Of a stretch of DNA of 64,000 nt, positions 38,431 to 49,168 are shown in pieces; within the stretch, counting starts at the first letter, position 1, and the number at the start of each line of letters is the position of its first letter. The translations under genes were made by a program, and so were the position numbers. The notes below the pieces were generated by a model. It ran no database searches, had not been told where the DNA came from, and saw nothing but the letters and a program-made list of their open reading frames with translations. Source of the DNA: an uncultured Thermoplasmatales archaeon (lineage in GTDB: Archaea > Thermoplasmatota > E2 > UBA202 > DSCA01); NCBI GenBank assembly GCA_964514975.1, contig CAZESS010000004.1, forward strand, positions 1,708-65,707. Direction: 5' to 3'.

Positions 38431-39270
38431 ATGCCGGCACAGTGGAAGATAAAAGAAGTCCAGGAGCTCAAAGACATCATCGACAGCTCCCCCGTCGTCG
38501 GCATCGTCGACATCCACGGCATCCCGGCATCACAGATGCACGAAATGCGCCGGGAACTCCGCGGCGACGCCACCCTCAGAGTATCAAAAAACACCCTCAT
38601 CAAGCTCGCCCTCGCCGACAAAAACGGTCAGCAGGAACTGACCGACCACGTCGAGGGACAGAGCGCCATCATCGCCACCGACATGAACCCTTTCAAGCTC
38701 TACAAACGGCTGGAAGCAGCAAAGATGGACGCCCCGGCCAAGGGCGGCGAAACCGCGCCCCACGACATCGTGGTGCAGAAGGGCAAAACCCCGTTCAAGC
38801 CGGGCCCCATCGTCGGCGACCTGCAGCAGGTCGGCATCCCGGCAGCCATCCGCGAAGGTGCCATCGTCATCGAAAAAACGGTCACGGTCGCAAAAGAAGG
38901 CGAAACCATCGAACCCCGCATGGCGCAGATGCTGACCCAGCTCGAAATCTATCCGATGGAGGTCGGTCTCGACATCCGCGCCATCTACGAGGACGGCTCC
39001 CTGTTCATGCCGGACGTGCTCAGCATCGACGAGCAGGAGGTCATCGGCAACCTCAGGACAGCGATTGGCAGAGCAATGGCCCTCGCCCACGACATCGCAT
39101 TTCCTGCCGCACAGGTGCTGCCACAGCTCCTCCAGAAAGCGCATCGGGATGCGCTCGCGCTGGCGCTGGAAACCGACACCTACACCAAGGAAACCATTAC
39201 GCAGTTCATCGGTCGCGCTCATATGCAGGCGGCAACACTGGCAAAAGAGTTAAAAACCGAACCTGAATGA
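38431..39270 (+). CDS. rpl10: 50S ribosomal protein uL10 (P0)
   Basis: WKIKEVQEL, VSKNTL, NPFKLY, APAKGGE.AP.DIVV..G.TPFKPGP. Confidence 0.96.
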   Translation: MPAQWKIKEVQELKDIIDSSPVVGIVDIHGIPASQMHEMRRELRGDATLRVSKNTLIKLALADKNGQQELTDHVEGQSAIIATDMNPFKLYKRLEAAKMDAPAKGGETAPHDIVVQKGKTPFKPGPIVGDLQQVGIPAAIREGAIVIEKTVTVAKEGETIEPRMAQMLTQLEIYPMEVGLDIRAIYEDGSLFMPDVLSIDEQEVIGNLRTAIGRAMALAHDIAFPAAQVLPQLLQKAHRDALALALETDTYTKETITQFIGRAHMQAATLAKELKTEPE

Positions 39271-39291
39271 GGAAAAAAAGGTGATATAAAA

Positions 39292-39603
39292 ATGGAATAT
39301 GTATATGGAGCAATGCTTCTCCATTCCGCCGGAAAAGAGGTCAACGAGGAAAACCTGAGCAAGGTCCTGGACGCAGCGGGCATCGGTGTTGAAGATGCAC
39401 GCATCAAGGCGTTGACTGCCTCGCTCGACGGCGTCGACATCGAAGACGTCATCGCAAGCGCCGTTGCGGCACCGGCTGCAGCTGCACCGGCCGCGGCACC
39501 CGCCGAAGAGGGCGGCGCCGAGGAAGAGGAAGCGACGGAAGAGGAAGAAGAGGAAGTCAGCGAAGAAGAAGTCGAAGAAGGACTCGGCGCGCTGTTCGGC
39601 TGA
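39292..39603 (+). CDS. rpl12: 50S ribosomal stalk protein P1 (archaeal L12)
   Basis: [11 protein letters not shown], Ala-rich hinge, acidic tail, GLGALFG end. Confidence 0.97.
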   Translation: MEYVYGAMLLHSAGKEVNEENLSKVLDAAGIGVEDARIKALTASLDGVDIEDVIASAVAAPAAAAPAAAPAEEGGAEEEEATEEEEEEVSEEEVEEGLGALFG

Positions 39604-39608
39604 GGCCG

Positions 39609-39662
39609 TTTCTTCTTTTCCGTCACCGCCACCCGGCGGTTTTTTTCCTGTCTTTTATTTTT
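39609..39662 (+). terminator. T-rich archaeal terminator region of the rpl1-rpl10-rpl12 operon
   Basis: Several oligo-T tracts and a short ccgcc/ggcgg hairpin right after the rpl12 stop. Confidence 0.5.
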
Positions 39663-39720
39663 ACTCGTGAGCCATGCGGCTAAAAAGATATAACTATATA
39701 AACCGGTTGGCATTTCACTG

Positions 39721-40134
39721 GTGATGACTGACAGGCCGTACATCGTTCTCGTTGTCGACGATGAGGACACCATGCAGGACCTCATCCGGCGTAACCTGTC
39801 GCTGCTCGACCTGCCCGTCAAGGTCCACATGGCGCTGACCGGCGAGGAGGGCGTCGACATGTACAATGACCTGATGGACAGAGGATTGACCCCCGACCTG
39901 GTCATCATGGACCTCAACCTGACCCAGTGGGGTGAGGGGGAAATCGACGGCGTTGAGGCAACCCGGCGCATCCTGGACATCGATCCGGAGGCCCGCATCT
40001 ATGGCTACACGGCCTGGTTTGCAACCCGGTGGGCGAACGAGCTCGAAAAGGCCGGCGCTGAGGAGGTCATCGAGCGGACCACGCTGCCCTCCGACTTCCG
40101 CAAAATCGTTGCGGACATCCTGACGAAAGCCTAG
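39721..40134 (+). CDS. Stand-alone response regulator receiver domain
   Basis: VLVVDDE, PDLVIMDLNL, DGVEATRRI, YTA. Confidence 0.88.
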   Translation: MMTDRPYIVLVVDDEDTMQDLIRRNLSLLDLPVKVHMALTGEEGVDMYNDLMDRGLTPDLVIMDLNLTQWGEGEIDGVEATRRILDIDPEARIYGYTAWFATRWANELEKAGAEEVIERTTLPSDFRKIVADILTKA

Positions 40135-40156
40135 CCACGGATACATTTTTAAGGTC

Positions 40157-41053
40157 ATGCTTATTGTAGGATTTGAGGAAATGGCCACGATATGTGATAT
40201 CTGCGGGGAGGAAAATCCGGATGATGCCAAACGATGCGAGGCATGCAGCGCTCCGCTTGACGGCCCGTCGATAGCCGACCGGGTCGCCTCGGCCAAGGTT
40301 CTGGTCGCTCTTTTCGTAGCGGTGCTTCTCGTCATCGCGGCTATCATCATCGCGCCCATGCTCTACAACGAAGACAACGGCGGCAGCAGTGGTCCCGACG
40401 GCGACAACGACGGCATGCCCGACGACTGGGAGGAAGCCAACGGGCTCGACCCGGATGACCCCGCGGACAGAAACGGGGACCCGGACGGCGACGGGCTGTA
40501 CAACTATGAGGAATACCAGCTCGGCACCGACCCGCAAAACCCCGATACCGACGGCGACGGCGTTGAAGACGGGCTTGATCTCATACCGCTGAAAGACGCA
40601 GGCATCCAGATATCCATCGACTCCGTCAGGATAAACGACCCTGTTGACGGAATTCTCGACCAGAACATCAACGACCCCGCCGAGGCATTTATCCGCGTCT
40701 ATGTTGATGGAGAGCTCATCGGCGAGCTTCCAAGCGGCGGCCCCGTCGAGCTTGAAATCGACGTGGACGTCCGGCTCAACTGGAGTATGCGCGTCAACGT
40801 GTCGGATGACCGTTCACATATCATTCGTTTCGAGTTATTTGACAAGGACGCCATCGGGGAGCAACAGATAGACATCAACAAAGACCCGGATGACAAACAG
40901 CTGCTGGTCGAATATCATCTCGGGAACGAAATCGGCCGCAGCTACCAGGGTTCATCCGATGGCTCCGACGACGGCAACGACACCTTCTGGCGCGACGAAA
41001 AAGACGCGAAGATAACCTACACCATCACCACCATCGACATGCGCGCTCCCTGA
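40157..41053 (+). CDS. Membrane protein: zinc ribbon, single TM, Asp-rich Ca-binding repeats and a C2-like extracellular domain
   Basis: CDICG..NP.DAKRCEAC; TM helix; DGDNDGMPDDWE, DPDGDGL..YEEY..GTDP..PDTDGDGVEDG. Start may be 40181. Confidence 0.8.
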   Translation: MLIVGFEEMATICDICGEENPDDAKRCEACSAPLDGPSIADRVASAKVLVALFVAVLLVIAAIIIAPMLYNEDNGGSSGPDGDNDGMPDDWEEANGLDPDDPADRNGDPDGDGLYNYEEYQLGTDPQNPDTDGDGVEDGLDLIPLKDAGIQISIDSVRINDPVDGILDQNINDPAEAFIRVYVDGELIGELPSGGPVELEIDVDVRLNWSMRVNVSDDRSHIIRFELFDKDAIGEQQIDINKDPDDKQLLVEYHLGNEIGRSYQGSSDGSDDGNDTFWRDEKDAKITYTITTIDMRAP

Positions 41054-41098
41054 ACGATGGAAAGAGTTGTTTAAATATCATGGTGTGCTTGTGGTATC

Positions 41099-42412
41099 AT
41101 GTATGTCACCAACCGCGATGTGCTGCTCGACGTGGCGGAGCCATTCCGGTCGATGCGGCGGGACGCGCTCGACATGCTCGAGGCGGCGCTGGACAGCGTC
41201 GACCCGCAGCGAGCGACCGGTGAGGCGCTGTCGCTGGACAACGATCGGTTGACGGTGGGCGACGTCACCGTTGACCTGTCATCGGTAGAGCACATATACG
41301 TGGTCGGTTTTGGCAAGGCCAGCGTCGGGATGGCACGCGCCGTCGAACGACTGCTGCCGGTCGACGACGCCCTCGTTATCGCCACCGAGGCTGCAGACCT
41401 TGACAGTAACAGTATAGTGGTGCGGCAGGGTGACCATCCGCTGCCGAGCGAGCGGAACATCGATGCAACGGGGGAGCTGCTCGACATTGTCGACCGGGCG
41501 GAGAAAAACGACCTCGTTGTCGTGCTGGTCTCCGGCGGCGGCTCGGCGCTGCTCTGCCGGCCCGCCGTTTCGCTGGAGGCGATGCGCGACGCGACCCGTG
41601 AGCTCATGCATGCGGGCTGCACCATCCAGGAGCTCAACACGGTCCGGAAGCACCTGTCCATGGTGAAGGGGGGACGGCTGGCAGCCCGGTGCCCCGCCCG
41701 CATTATCTCCCTTGTCATTTCCGACGTCATCGGCGACCCGCTCGAGTACATTGCGAGCGGGCCGACGGCTCCCGATCCTTCTACATATTCCGATGCGCGG
41801 GATGTGCTCGAAAAATATGGGCTCTGGCGGGACGGCGAGGTCATGCGCCGCATAGAGCGGGGCTGCACGGGTGAGCTCGAGGAGACCCCGGACCGGCTGG
41901 ACAACGTCGACCATGTCATCGTGGCAAGCAACGAGCAAGCCTGCCGGCATGCATGCACCGTGGCCACAAAAACGGGGTACCATGCAGACGTGGCGAGCAC
42001 GTCGCTGTCGGGTGAGGCACGCCGGGCCGGCCGGGATGTCGCCCGGTATGCGCGGATGCTGCCCCGTGACCATGCCGTCGTGATATTCGGCGGTGAAACA
42101 ACGGTTACCGTGACCGGTGACGGCAGGGGAGGGAGAAACCAGGAACTCGTGCTTGCCACACTGCAGGAAATCGAGGGGGAGCACATGGTTGTCCTGTCGT
42201 GCGGCACAGACGGCGTCGACGGCCGCAGCCCAGCCGCGGGGGCAATCGCCGACGGCGCCTCGCTGCGACGGACGCGGCAGCGCGGCCTTGACCCGGCGGC
42301 GGCGCTCCGTGACAATGACTCCTACACGTTTTTTAAAGCTCTCGGAGACGCTATCGTGACCGGTCCGACCGGCACGAACGTGATGGACATCCAGATAGTG
42401 GTAAAAGGTTAG
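41099..42412 (+). CDS. Glycerate 2-kinase (class II, MOFRL family)
   Basis: [67 protein letters not shown]. Confidence 0.93.
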   Translation: MYVTNRDVLLDVAEPFRSMRRDALDMLEAALDSVDPQRATGEALSLDNDRLTVGDVTVDLSSVEHIYVVGFGKASVGMARAVERLLPVDDALVIATEAADLDSNSIVVRQGDHPLPSERNIDATGELLDIVDRAEKNDLVVVLVSGGGSALLCRPAVSLEAMRDATRELMHAGCTIQELNTVRKHLSMVKGGRLAARCPARIISLVISDVIGDPLEYIASGPTAPDPSTYSDARDVLEKYGLWRDGEVMRRIERGCTGELEETPDRLDNVDHVIVASNEQACRHACTVATKTGYHADVASTSLSGEARRAGRDVARYARMLPRDHAVVIFGGETTVTVTGDGRGGRNQELVLATLQEIEGEHMVVLSCGTDGVDGRSPAAGAIADGASLRRTRQRGLDPAAALRDNDSYTFFKALGDAIVTGPTGTNVMDIQIVVKG

Positions 42413-42633
42413 ACGGCGACGACCTTTGTGACGTCCGGCACCTGTTTTTTGAGCTCCTGTTCAATTCCCATCTGCAGGGTCATCTGTGACATCGGGCAGC
42501 CCCGGCATGCCCCGGTCAGACGGACCTTGACCACGCCTTCCTCTTCGTCGACGTCGACGAGCTCGACGTCGCCCCCGTCGGCCTGCAGCGCGGGACGGAT
42601 TTCGTCGATGACTTCAGCGACTTTTTCTTTCAT
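42409..42633 (-). CDS. NifU/NfuA-like Fe-S carrier domain protein
   Basis: [15 protein letters not shown]...[13 protein letters not shown]; ATG at 42633. Confidence 0.92.
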   Translation of the reverse strand: MKEKVAEVIDEIRPALQADGGDVELVDVDEEEGVVKVRLTGACRGCPMSQMTLQMGIEQELKKQVPDVTKVVAV

Positions 42634-42715
42634 CGTATCTCGCTGTGATATTTGCCGGCAGGTATTTATTTTTATCGCATAACAACGTTTTAAACGACCG
42701 CCGGGATATTGAAGC

Positions 42716-43192
42716 ATGAAAGAACTCATGCAGCGCCTTGCAGACCTGCTGACCGAGCGTGATGTGATGGTTGCCACCGCGGAGTCCTGCACCGGCGGGC
42801 TCATCGGGGACACGCTGACGAGCGTTCCGGGCAGCTCCACGTATTATGAGGGCGGCGTCATCTCGTACAGCAACGCCCTGAAACAGCGATTCCTCAACGT
42901 TGCGGCGGAGACCCTCATGCGGCATGGAGCCGTCTCGGAGCAGACAGCCCGGGAGATGGCCATCGGAATACGCAATGCTGCGGACGTCGACGTCGGCCTG
43001 GCGACCACAGGCATCGCGGGTCCGGGCGGCGGCACACCCGGGAAGCCGGTCGGCCTCGTCTACATCGGCTTCGCTAGTGACAACGGGGTAACAGTGCAAA
43101 AACACGTGTTCGACGGCAGCCGGCAGGAAAACAAACAGGCGACCGTGCGGATGGCCTTGCAGATGCTGTATGACCATGTCAGCCATGATTGA
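42716..43192 (+). CDS. pncC: CinA C-terminal domain / NMN deamidase
   Basis: [46 protein letters not shown]. Confidence 0.9.
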   Translation: MKELMQRLADLLTERDVMVATAESCTGGLIGDTLTSVPGSSTYYEGGVISYSNALKQRFLNVAAETLMRHGAVSEQTAREMAIGIRNAADVDVGLATTGIAGPGGGTPGKPVGLVYIGFASDNGVTVQKHVFDGSRQENKQATVRMALQMLYDHVSHD

Positions 43193-44213
43193 CGTCGACG
43201 GCTCCCATGGCGAGGGTGGCGGACAGATACTCCGGATGACGGTGGCGCTGTCCGCGCTGACCGGCAGACCAATCCATGTCTCCAACATCCGGGCCGGGCG
43301 CTCGAACCCCGGGCTGCGCCCGCAGCACATCGCGGCTATCGAGGCGGTCCGGCGGCTCTGCAACGGCCATGCCGAAAACCTGCACGAGCATGCCACCGAT
43401 ATAACGTTTCATCCCCGCGAGGTGGCGGGCGGCAGCCATTTCGTTGACATCGGCACCGCTGGCAGCATCACGCTTGCGATGCAGGCCTGTCTCCCTCCGA
43501 TGCTGCACGCCATGGAGCCGGCCGGGATGCGACTGCGGGGTGGCACCGACGTAAGATGGTCGCCGCCCTGGGATTATTTCACCCGGGTGTTCCTGCCGTT
43601 GCTCCGCCACATGGACGTGGATGCAGCGGCGACGCTGGAGAAGCGGGGCTATTACCCGAAGGGTGGCGGCATCGCATCTCTTGAAATGCAGCCCTGCACA
43701 CATCTCACGCCGCCCTCGTTCGACCGGGACGGCGACTGGCATATCGAGGGAAAAATAAACATCGCCGGATTGCCGGGGCACATCGCCCGCCGCATTCGGA
43801 AGGCAGCCCGGAAAGAATTCATCAGCCGGGGGATGGACGCCGACATCGCCATCGAAACATATGAGGCGGCGTCGCCCGGTGTGGGCATCGTGCTCTGGAC
43901 GACAGGGCCGCGGCGGCTGGGCGCCGACGTGCTCGGCGAGAAGGGAAAACCGGCGGAGGCCGTCGGCAGGGAGGCAGCGCAGATGCTGCTGGAGGAAATC
44001 GATGCCGGCGCCGACCTGGACGTCCACGCGGTCGACCACCTCGTTCCCTACATGGCGCTCGCCGATGAGCCGTCATGCTTTCGCTGCCGTGAGCTGAGCG
44101 GACACGCGGAGACAGAGCTCTGGCTCCTCCAGCGATTTATGGACATATCATGGGAAAAAAAGATGGGCGATGGATGCATCGAGGTCGGTGTCAGCCCAGG
44201 AGAAACAGGATGA
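43185..44213 (+). CDS. rtcA: RNA 3'-terminal phosphate cyclase
   Basis: DGSHGEGGGQILR, PGLRPQH, GTAGSITL, GGTDV..SP, RGYYPKGGG, D.HAVDHL. Confidence 0.94.
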   Translation: MIDVDGSHGEGGGQILRMTVALSALTGRPIHVSNIRAGRSNPGLRPQHIAAIEAVRRLCNGHAENLHEHATDITFHPREVAGGSHFVDIGTAGSITLAMQACLPPMLHAMEPAGMRLRGGTDVRWSPPWDYFTRVFLPLLRHMDVDAAATLEKRGYYPKGGGIASLEMQPCTHLTPPSFDRDGDWHIEGKINIAGLPGHIARRIRKAARKEFISRGMDADIAIETYEAASPGVGIVLWTTGPRRLGADVLGEKGKPAEAVGREAAQMLLEEIDAGADLDVHAVDHLVPYMALADEPSCFRCRELSGHAETELWLLQRFMDISWEKKMGDGCIEVGVSPGETG

Positions 44214-44382
44214 ACATGACCACGAGCACCGCCAGAGCCCCATACATGATGTACATGTAGGTTTTCCGTTTTTTGATGAATGATTCGTATTCCTCGCGGC
44301 ATTCATCCGAGCAGACGGTCTCCCCGGTAGGGATGGCCTTGCCGCATATCTGGCAGTGGTCATGTTGCGGGATTCGTTCCAT
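44191..44382 (-). CDS. DUF2116-family zinc-ribbon membrane protein
   Basis: PQHDHCQICGKAIP...CSDEC followed by a C-terminal TM; directly downstream of pyrH. Confidence 0.85.
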   Translation of the reverse strand: MERIPQHDHCQICGKAIPTGETVCSDECREEYESFIKKRKTYMYIMYGALAVLVVMFILFLLG

Positions 44383-44383
44383 G

Positions 44384-45049
44384 TTATACCTCTATCCGTG
44401 TGCCATTAAACTCCCGGCCGTATATAGCGTTTTCCAATGCCGCCAGGCCGGTGCCGTTGACCACCATCGTGGCGATCGATGCCTCCTCGATGACGCGGCA
44501 GGCGATGCCGTCGATGGGCGAGGAGGTGCCCGCCTGCTGCCATCTGTCGGGTATCATGCGCCGCAGCTCTGCGATGGCGATGGAATCATACCTTGCTGCA
44601 TCGGGGTCGCTCTTTGGGTCGTCGGTGTAGATGCCGTCGACGTCGGTGGCGATGACGAAGCGGTTGGCATCGACCTCGCGGGCGAGCGTCGCCCCCACCG
44701 CGTCGGTCGAATGCCCGGGGACGGTGCCGCCCATCACCACGGGCGGTGTCATGCCTGCCGCCGCCTCTATCGTGGAGGGAACGTTGATGTCGATGTCCAT
44801 GGCCCCGGCGAGAAGCATGGCGTTGAGGCGGGTGGCCGCGATGCCCATCAGGTCGAGCCGGTGCTCCGACATGCCGAGCGCTCTCCCGGCCTTGATATAG
44901 CGTCGGGCGGTGGCGCCGCCGCCGGTGACCACGTAGAGCGCCATGTCATCCGAGGCATGAGTGAGCAGGTCGCCGAGCTGCCGGAGCATCGCAACTTTGC
45001 TGGTGCCGAGCAGGGAGCCCCCGAGGGAGACGACCACGTTCATGGACAT
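44384..45049 (-). CDS. pyrH: UMP kinase (archaeal)
   Basis: VVSLGGS, VTGGGATARRYI, D.MGI.ATRLNA, MGGTVPGHSTDAV, TDVDGIYTDDPK. Confidence 0.94.
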   Translation of the reverse strand: MSMNVVVSLGGSLLGTSKVAMLRQLGDLLTHASDDMALYVVTGGGATARRYIKAGRALGMSEHRLDLMGIAATRLNAMLLAGAMDIDINVPSTIEAAAGMTPPVVMGGTVPGHSTDAVGATLAREVDANRFVIATDVDGIYTDDPKSDPDAARYDSIAIAELRRMIPDRWQQAGTSSPIDGIACRVIEEASIATMVVNGTGLAALENAIYGREFNGTRIEV

Positions 45050-45280
45050 GTAAGCACGAGGCTGTTAAAGCATTTTCGCGGGCATGCCCCCTGTATATGG
45101 GAGTTCGATTGGCGGGTGGCAGCAAACAAACCGTCGTGCATGCTCGATGATTTGTAGCCGTATCGCCCGTTGTTCGAGCATAATAGCGAAACAGGGCGTG
45201 TGCAGGCATCGTGATGACGCCTTCGGCAGGGTTGGCCATAACATTAATATTCACTGGCTCTATTACCGGCTTGGATAATC

Positions 45281-46180
45281 ATGTATGAAATACGGTTTCA
45301 CGGCAGAGGAGGCCAGGGTGGCCAGATGGCCGCTCAGACCTACGCGCTCGCCGCCGTGCGGGAGGACAACTATGCTGTTTCCTTCCCGTTTTTTGGTGCG
45401 GAGCGACGTGGTGCGCCGGTCATGGCCTTCACCCGTGTCGACAAGGACCAGATACGGATAAAAACCCAGATCTATGAGCCCGACTACGTGGTCGTGCTCG
45501 ACGAAACATTGCTGGACACCGTCGACGTGCTCAAGGGGCTGAAGGACGACGGCATGGTGATCATCAACACCGACAAAGCACCGGATGAGGTCGAGCTGTC
45601 CCGGGAGGTCAACTGCGCAACCGTCGATGCAACATCGATAGCACTTGACACCCTCGGACGGGCGATTACCAACACGTCGATGCTCGGTGCGCTGGCCAAG
45701 GCGACGGGCGAGGTGTCCATCGAGTCCATCGAGGATGCGATCATGGAGAAGTTTGGCTCCAAGATGGGCGAAAAAATCGGCCGGAAGAACGCCGAGGCGG
45801 CCCGCCGTGCATACGAGGAGCTCGAAGTCGGCGTCTGCCAGGGCGGCAAGGAGTTCATGGCGCAGGAGGAATGGATGCCGACGGCGCAGGAGCTTCCACT
45901 GGGCGGCTCCGTGGGAACCCGGGAGACCGACGCCGGCCTGATTGGACCTGGCTCGTTCGTGAAGAACAAGACCGGTGACTGGCGGACGTTTATCCCCAGC
46001 ATCGACGTGGACACCTGCATCGGCTGCCGGCAGTGCTGGTTTTACTGCCCGGAGGGATGTATTTCCATGGAAGACGGCAAGGCGGTCATCAACTTCGACT
46101 ACTGCAAGGGATGCGGCATCTGCGCGGAGGAATGCCCCGTGGATGCCATCACGATGAGCCGAGAGGTAAAGGAGGTGTAA
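45281..46180 (+). CDS. Pyruvate/2-oxoacid:ferredoxin oxidoreductase, fused gamma and delta subunits
   Basis: [11 protein letters not shown] and [10 protein letters not shown] (gamma); [32 protein letters not shown] (2x[4Fe-4S], delta). Confidence 0.93.
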   Translation: MYEIRFHGRGGQGGQMAAQTYALAAVREDNYAVSFPFFGAERRGAPVMAFTRVDKDQIRIKTQIYEPDYVVVLDETLLDTVDVLKGLKDDGMVIINTDKAPDEVELSREVNCATVDATSIALDTLGRAITNTSMLGALAKATGEVSIESIEDAIMEKFGSKMGEKIGRKNAEAARRAYEELEVGVCQGGKEFMAQEEWMPTAQELPLGGSVGTRETDAGLIGPGSFVKNKTGDWRTFIPSIDVDTCIGCRQCWFYCPEGCISMEDGKAVINFDYCKGCGICAEECPVDAITMSREVKEV

Positions 46181-46184
46181 TAAA

Positions 46185-47381
46185 ATGGTACAACAGATTG
46201 AAAGTAAGAGAATGGTCGTCACGGGAGACTACAGCGCAGCATATGGAGCGCTCATATGCGACGTCGACGTCGTGGCTGCCTATCCGATTACGCCGCAGAC
46301 GTTCATCGTCGAGGATTTCTCGGAGTTCGTCAACGATGGATTAACCGAGACGGAGTTCGTCATGGTGGAATCCGAGCATTCCGCAATGTCGGCCTGTATC
46401 GCCGCGGAGGCAGCAGGCGCCCGCACCTTTACGGCGACGGCGTCGCAGGGCCTGGCCCTGATGCACGAGATGCTGTTCGTCGCGGCGGCGCTGCACATGC
46501 CCATCGTGATGCCCGTGGTCAACCGGACGGTCGCATCGCCCATTGGCATCTGGTGCGAATACAATGACACGATGCCGCAGCGTGACTCGGGATGGCTGCA
46601 GGTCTACTGCGAGAACAACCAGGAGGTGCTCGACATGGTCATCCAGTCCTACAAGATCGCCGAGCACAGCGACGTGCTGCTGCCGGTGATGCCTTCTCTG
46701 GACGCATTTATTTTGTCGCATACCGTGGAGCCGGTCGATGCGCCTTCGACGGACGAGGTAGCAGACTTCCTGCCGCCCTACGAGCCCGAGGCAGTGCTGG
46801 ACACGAAGAACCCGATGACCATCGGGTCGTTCGCGCCGCCCGAATACATCCAGGAGATACGGTGGCAGAACGAGCAGACCATGCAGAACGCCCGGAAGGT
46901 TATCCGTGACGTTAACGACGAGTTCGCAAAGGAGTTCGGACGCGACTACCACGGCCTGATCGAGAAATATCGATGTGATGACGCGGATGTGGTGCTCATA
47001 ACCATGGGCACCGTGACGGGGACGGCCCGCGACGTGGTCGACGAGATGCGCCAGGAGGGCAAAAAGGTCGGCCTGGTCAAGCTTCGGTTCTTCCGTCCGT
47101 TCCCCGCCGAGGAGCTGAAAGAGGTCGCCGAGGGCGTCGAGGCCATCGGGGTCTACGACCGCTCGATTTCGTTCAGCAGCGGCGGCCCGGCGTTTATCGA
47201 AACGAGGCATACGCTGTACGGCCATGACATCCCGATTGTGAACTTCCTGGCCGGTCTGGGCGGCAGAGATGTCGTCAAGGATGACGTGCGCACGATGTTC
47301 GAGAAGACATTGAAGGCAGCGAAGGAGGGCCAGCCCGAGAAAGAGGTTGTCTGGATCGGCACACGGGGGGTGGAAGCATGA
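46185..47381 (+). CDS. porA: Pyruvate/2-oxoacid:ferredoxin oxidoreductase alpha subunit
   Basis: AAYPITPQT, VESEHSAMS, TATASQGL.LMHE, RFFRPFP, GLGGRD. Confidence 0.92.
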   Translation: MVQQIESKRMVVTGDYSAAYGALICDVDVVAAYPITPQTFIVEDFSEFVNDGLTETEFVMVESEHSAMSACIAAEAAGARTFTATASQGLALMHEMLFVAAALHMPIVMPVVNRTVASPIGIWCEYNDTMPQRDSGWLQVYCENNQEVLDMVIQSYKIAEHSDVLLPVMPSLDAFILSHTVEPVDAPSTDEVADFLPPYEPEAVLDTKNPMTIGSFAPPEYIQEIRWQNEQTMQNARKVIRDVNDEFAKEFGRDYHGLIEKYRCDDADVVLITMGTVTGTARDVVDEMRQEGKKVGLVKLRFFRPFPAEELKEVAEGVEAIGVYDRSISFSSGGPAFIETRHTLYGHDIPIVNFLAGLGGRDVVKDDVRTMFEKTLKAAKEGQPEKEVVWIGTRGVEA

Positions 47382-48277
47382 GCCCGGGTATCAAGGACCT
47401 GCCCGAGGAAAACCTGTTCACCGAGGGACATACGGCCTGCCCCGGCTGCGGTGCCCCCATCGTGGTGCGCAACCTGATGAAGGTCCTCGGCGAGGACACC
47501 ATCATCTACGCGCCGGCGAACTGCCTGCTGGTCTTCGGCGGCACCTATCCAAAGATAGCCTGGAAGATACCCTACCTGCACGAGGCGTTCGAGAACACCG
47601 GAGCCTGCATATCCGGCGTGACCCGCGCACTGCGCAAAAAGGGCAACGACCACACCACGGTGCTGGGCGTGGCGGGCGACGGCGGCACCTACGACATCGG
47701 CATCCAGGCGTTGTCGGGTGCTGCGGAGCGAAACGAGGACGTCATCTATGTCTGCTACGACAACGAGGCCTACATGAACACGGGCATCCAGCGCTCCGGC
47801 TCGACGCCCTACGGCGCCGCGACGACCACGACCCCGGTCGGCAAAAAGATACCGGGAAAGATGCGGCACAAGAAAAACATGCCGGAAATCATGCGCGCCC
47901 ACGACATCCCGTATATGGCGACCGCGAGCATCTCGTATCCCAGGGATTTCCTCAACAAGGTAGAAAAAGCCCGCGACATGGATGGATTCCGCTACCTGCA
48001 CATCTTTTCGCCCTGTCCGACCGGCTGGCGGCATGATCCCGCCAAGACCATCGAGATGGGACGCCTGGCCGTCCAGAGCGGCATGTGGACGCTGTATGAA
48101 GCGGAGCATGGAGAGATAACGGACATCTACGAGCCCAAGAAAAAGATACCGGTGAAGGACTACATCGGCGAGCAGGGCCGCTTCCGTCATTTCAGCGAGG
48201 AGATGCTCGACACGCTGCAGCAGTGGACTGACCGCAAATGGAAGCGGATGTACGGCTCCCTCCCCGACGAAGAATAA
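47378..48277 (+). CDS. porB: Pyruvate/2-oxoacid:ferredoxin oxidoreductase beta subunit
   Basis: GHTACPGCG, AGDGGTYDIG (ThDP motif), YDNEAYMNTGIQRS, PCPTGW. Confidence 0.93.
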   Translation: MSPGIKDLPEENLFTEGHTACPGCGAPIVVRNLMKVLGEDTIIYAPANCLLVFGGTYPKIAWKIPYLHEAFENTGACISGVTRALRKKGNDHTTVLGVAGDGGTYDIGIQALSGAAERNEDVIYVCYDNEAYMNTGIQRSGSTPYGAATTTTPVGKKIPGKMRHKKNMPEIMRAHDIPYMATASISYPRDFLNKVEKARDMDGFRYLHIFSPCPTGWRHDPAKTIEMGRLAVQSGMWTLYEAEHGEITDIYEPKKKIPVKDYIGEQGRFRHFSEEMLDTLQQWTDRKWKRMYGSLPDEE

Positions 48278-48324
48278 GCCTTTCCCCATCCCTTTTTTCC
48301 TCTCCGTTTTTTTTTTATCTCCTG

Positions 48325-49086
48325 TTATACCAGCCCTGTCTCTATAGTGCCGGCTGCCATCAGCATCGCTACGAGCAGGGGCTGGTGTACCAGGTAGATT
48401 GCCAGGGAATGCTGGCCCATCCATGCGAGGAGGCCCGTCATCGGCCGCGTGGTAAAATCAGGCAGCGGGAAACGTCGCTCCCCGCCGGGATATAGCGCCC
48501 CGCCGAGAAACACGCCGAGGAGGACGACGCCAAGCCAGGGCAACAATGGAAAATAGTCAAACATGTACATGTCACCCGTCCTGACGCCAAGCCAGAGCAG
48601 CAGATTCGTGTTCGCCTCGGCGCTGCTCACCACGATGCCAGCGGCGATACATGCCAGGCCAAATGGCAGCGCCAGCCAGCGACGGCACAGCACCGGGTAT
48701 ACAAGGATGATGGACAGGCCGATGCAGTGCAGGATACCAAACAAAATGATGCCGTCGGGCAGAAACAGCCACGTCACCACCGTTATCGCCATGCCATACA
48801 AAAAAATGCGAGCGCCCCGCCGCACATATTTCAACGGCAGCTCCATCCCGTCGAGGTGACATCTGGCCCGGCTGTAGCTCAACGTTAAGGAGACGCCGAC
48901 GAGGAGGAGGAACAGCGATGCGGTCGCCTGCGCGAAGCCACGCCAAAACCCCGATGTGGCACCGATGCCCGCGCTGCCGAAATGGTCGAGGTCGTAGACC
49001 ACGTGGAACGTGACCATCATCAGGATGGCGACGCCCCGCGCTGCGTCGATCTCCCGATATCGGCGGCTGCCCGCAGCCATCGTCAC
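48325..49086 (-). CDS. DUF1624 / heparan-alpha-glucosaminide N-acetyltransferase-like membrane protein
   Basis: REIDAARGVAILMMVTFH, FLLLVGVS, FGILHCIG, DYFPLLPW.G, GQHSLAIYLVHQP. Confidence 0.88.
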   Translation of the reverse strand: MTMAAGSRRYREIDAARGVAILMMVTFHVVYDLDHFGSAGIGATSGFWRGFAQATASLFLLLVGVSLTLSYSRARCHLDGMELPLKYVRRGARIFLYGMAITVVTWLFLPDGIILFGILHCIGLSIILVYPVLCRRWLALPFGLACIAAGIVVSSAEANTNLLLWLGVRTGDMYMFDYFPLLPWLGVVLLGVFLGGALYPGGERRFPLPDFTTRPMTGLLAWMGQHSLAIYLVHQPLLVAMLMAAGTIETGLV

Positions 49087-49168
49087 CGTAGCCGAAGGCG
49101 ATATTTAACCATGTGGCCGTATGGAGCGCTGCAAAAAGATTATATAAAGCGAGGGTTTTGTCCGAATC

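Noticed and set aside
41071-42315. Long antisense ORFs (also 47153-48424, 34984-36282, 53307-54623, 57751-58962, 27797-28900)
   Set aside because: Shadows of well-supported opposite-strand genes in GC-rich DNA.
41099-42412. Glycerate 2-kinase as part of the cDPG module
   Set aside because: It makes the precursor 2-PG but lies ~16 kb away in another transcription unit, so linkage is unsupported.
45281-46180. Gamma-delta fusion of the oxidoreductase as a novelty
   Set aside because: Subunit fusions are common in this family.
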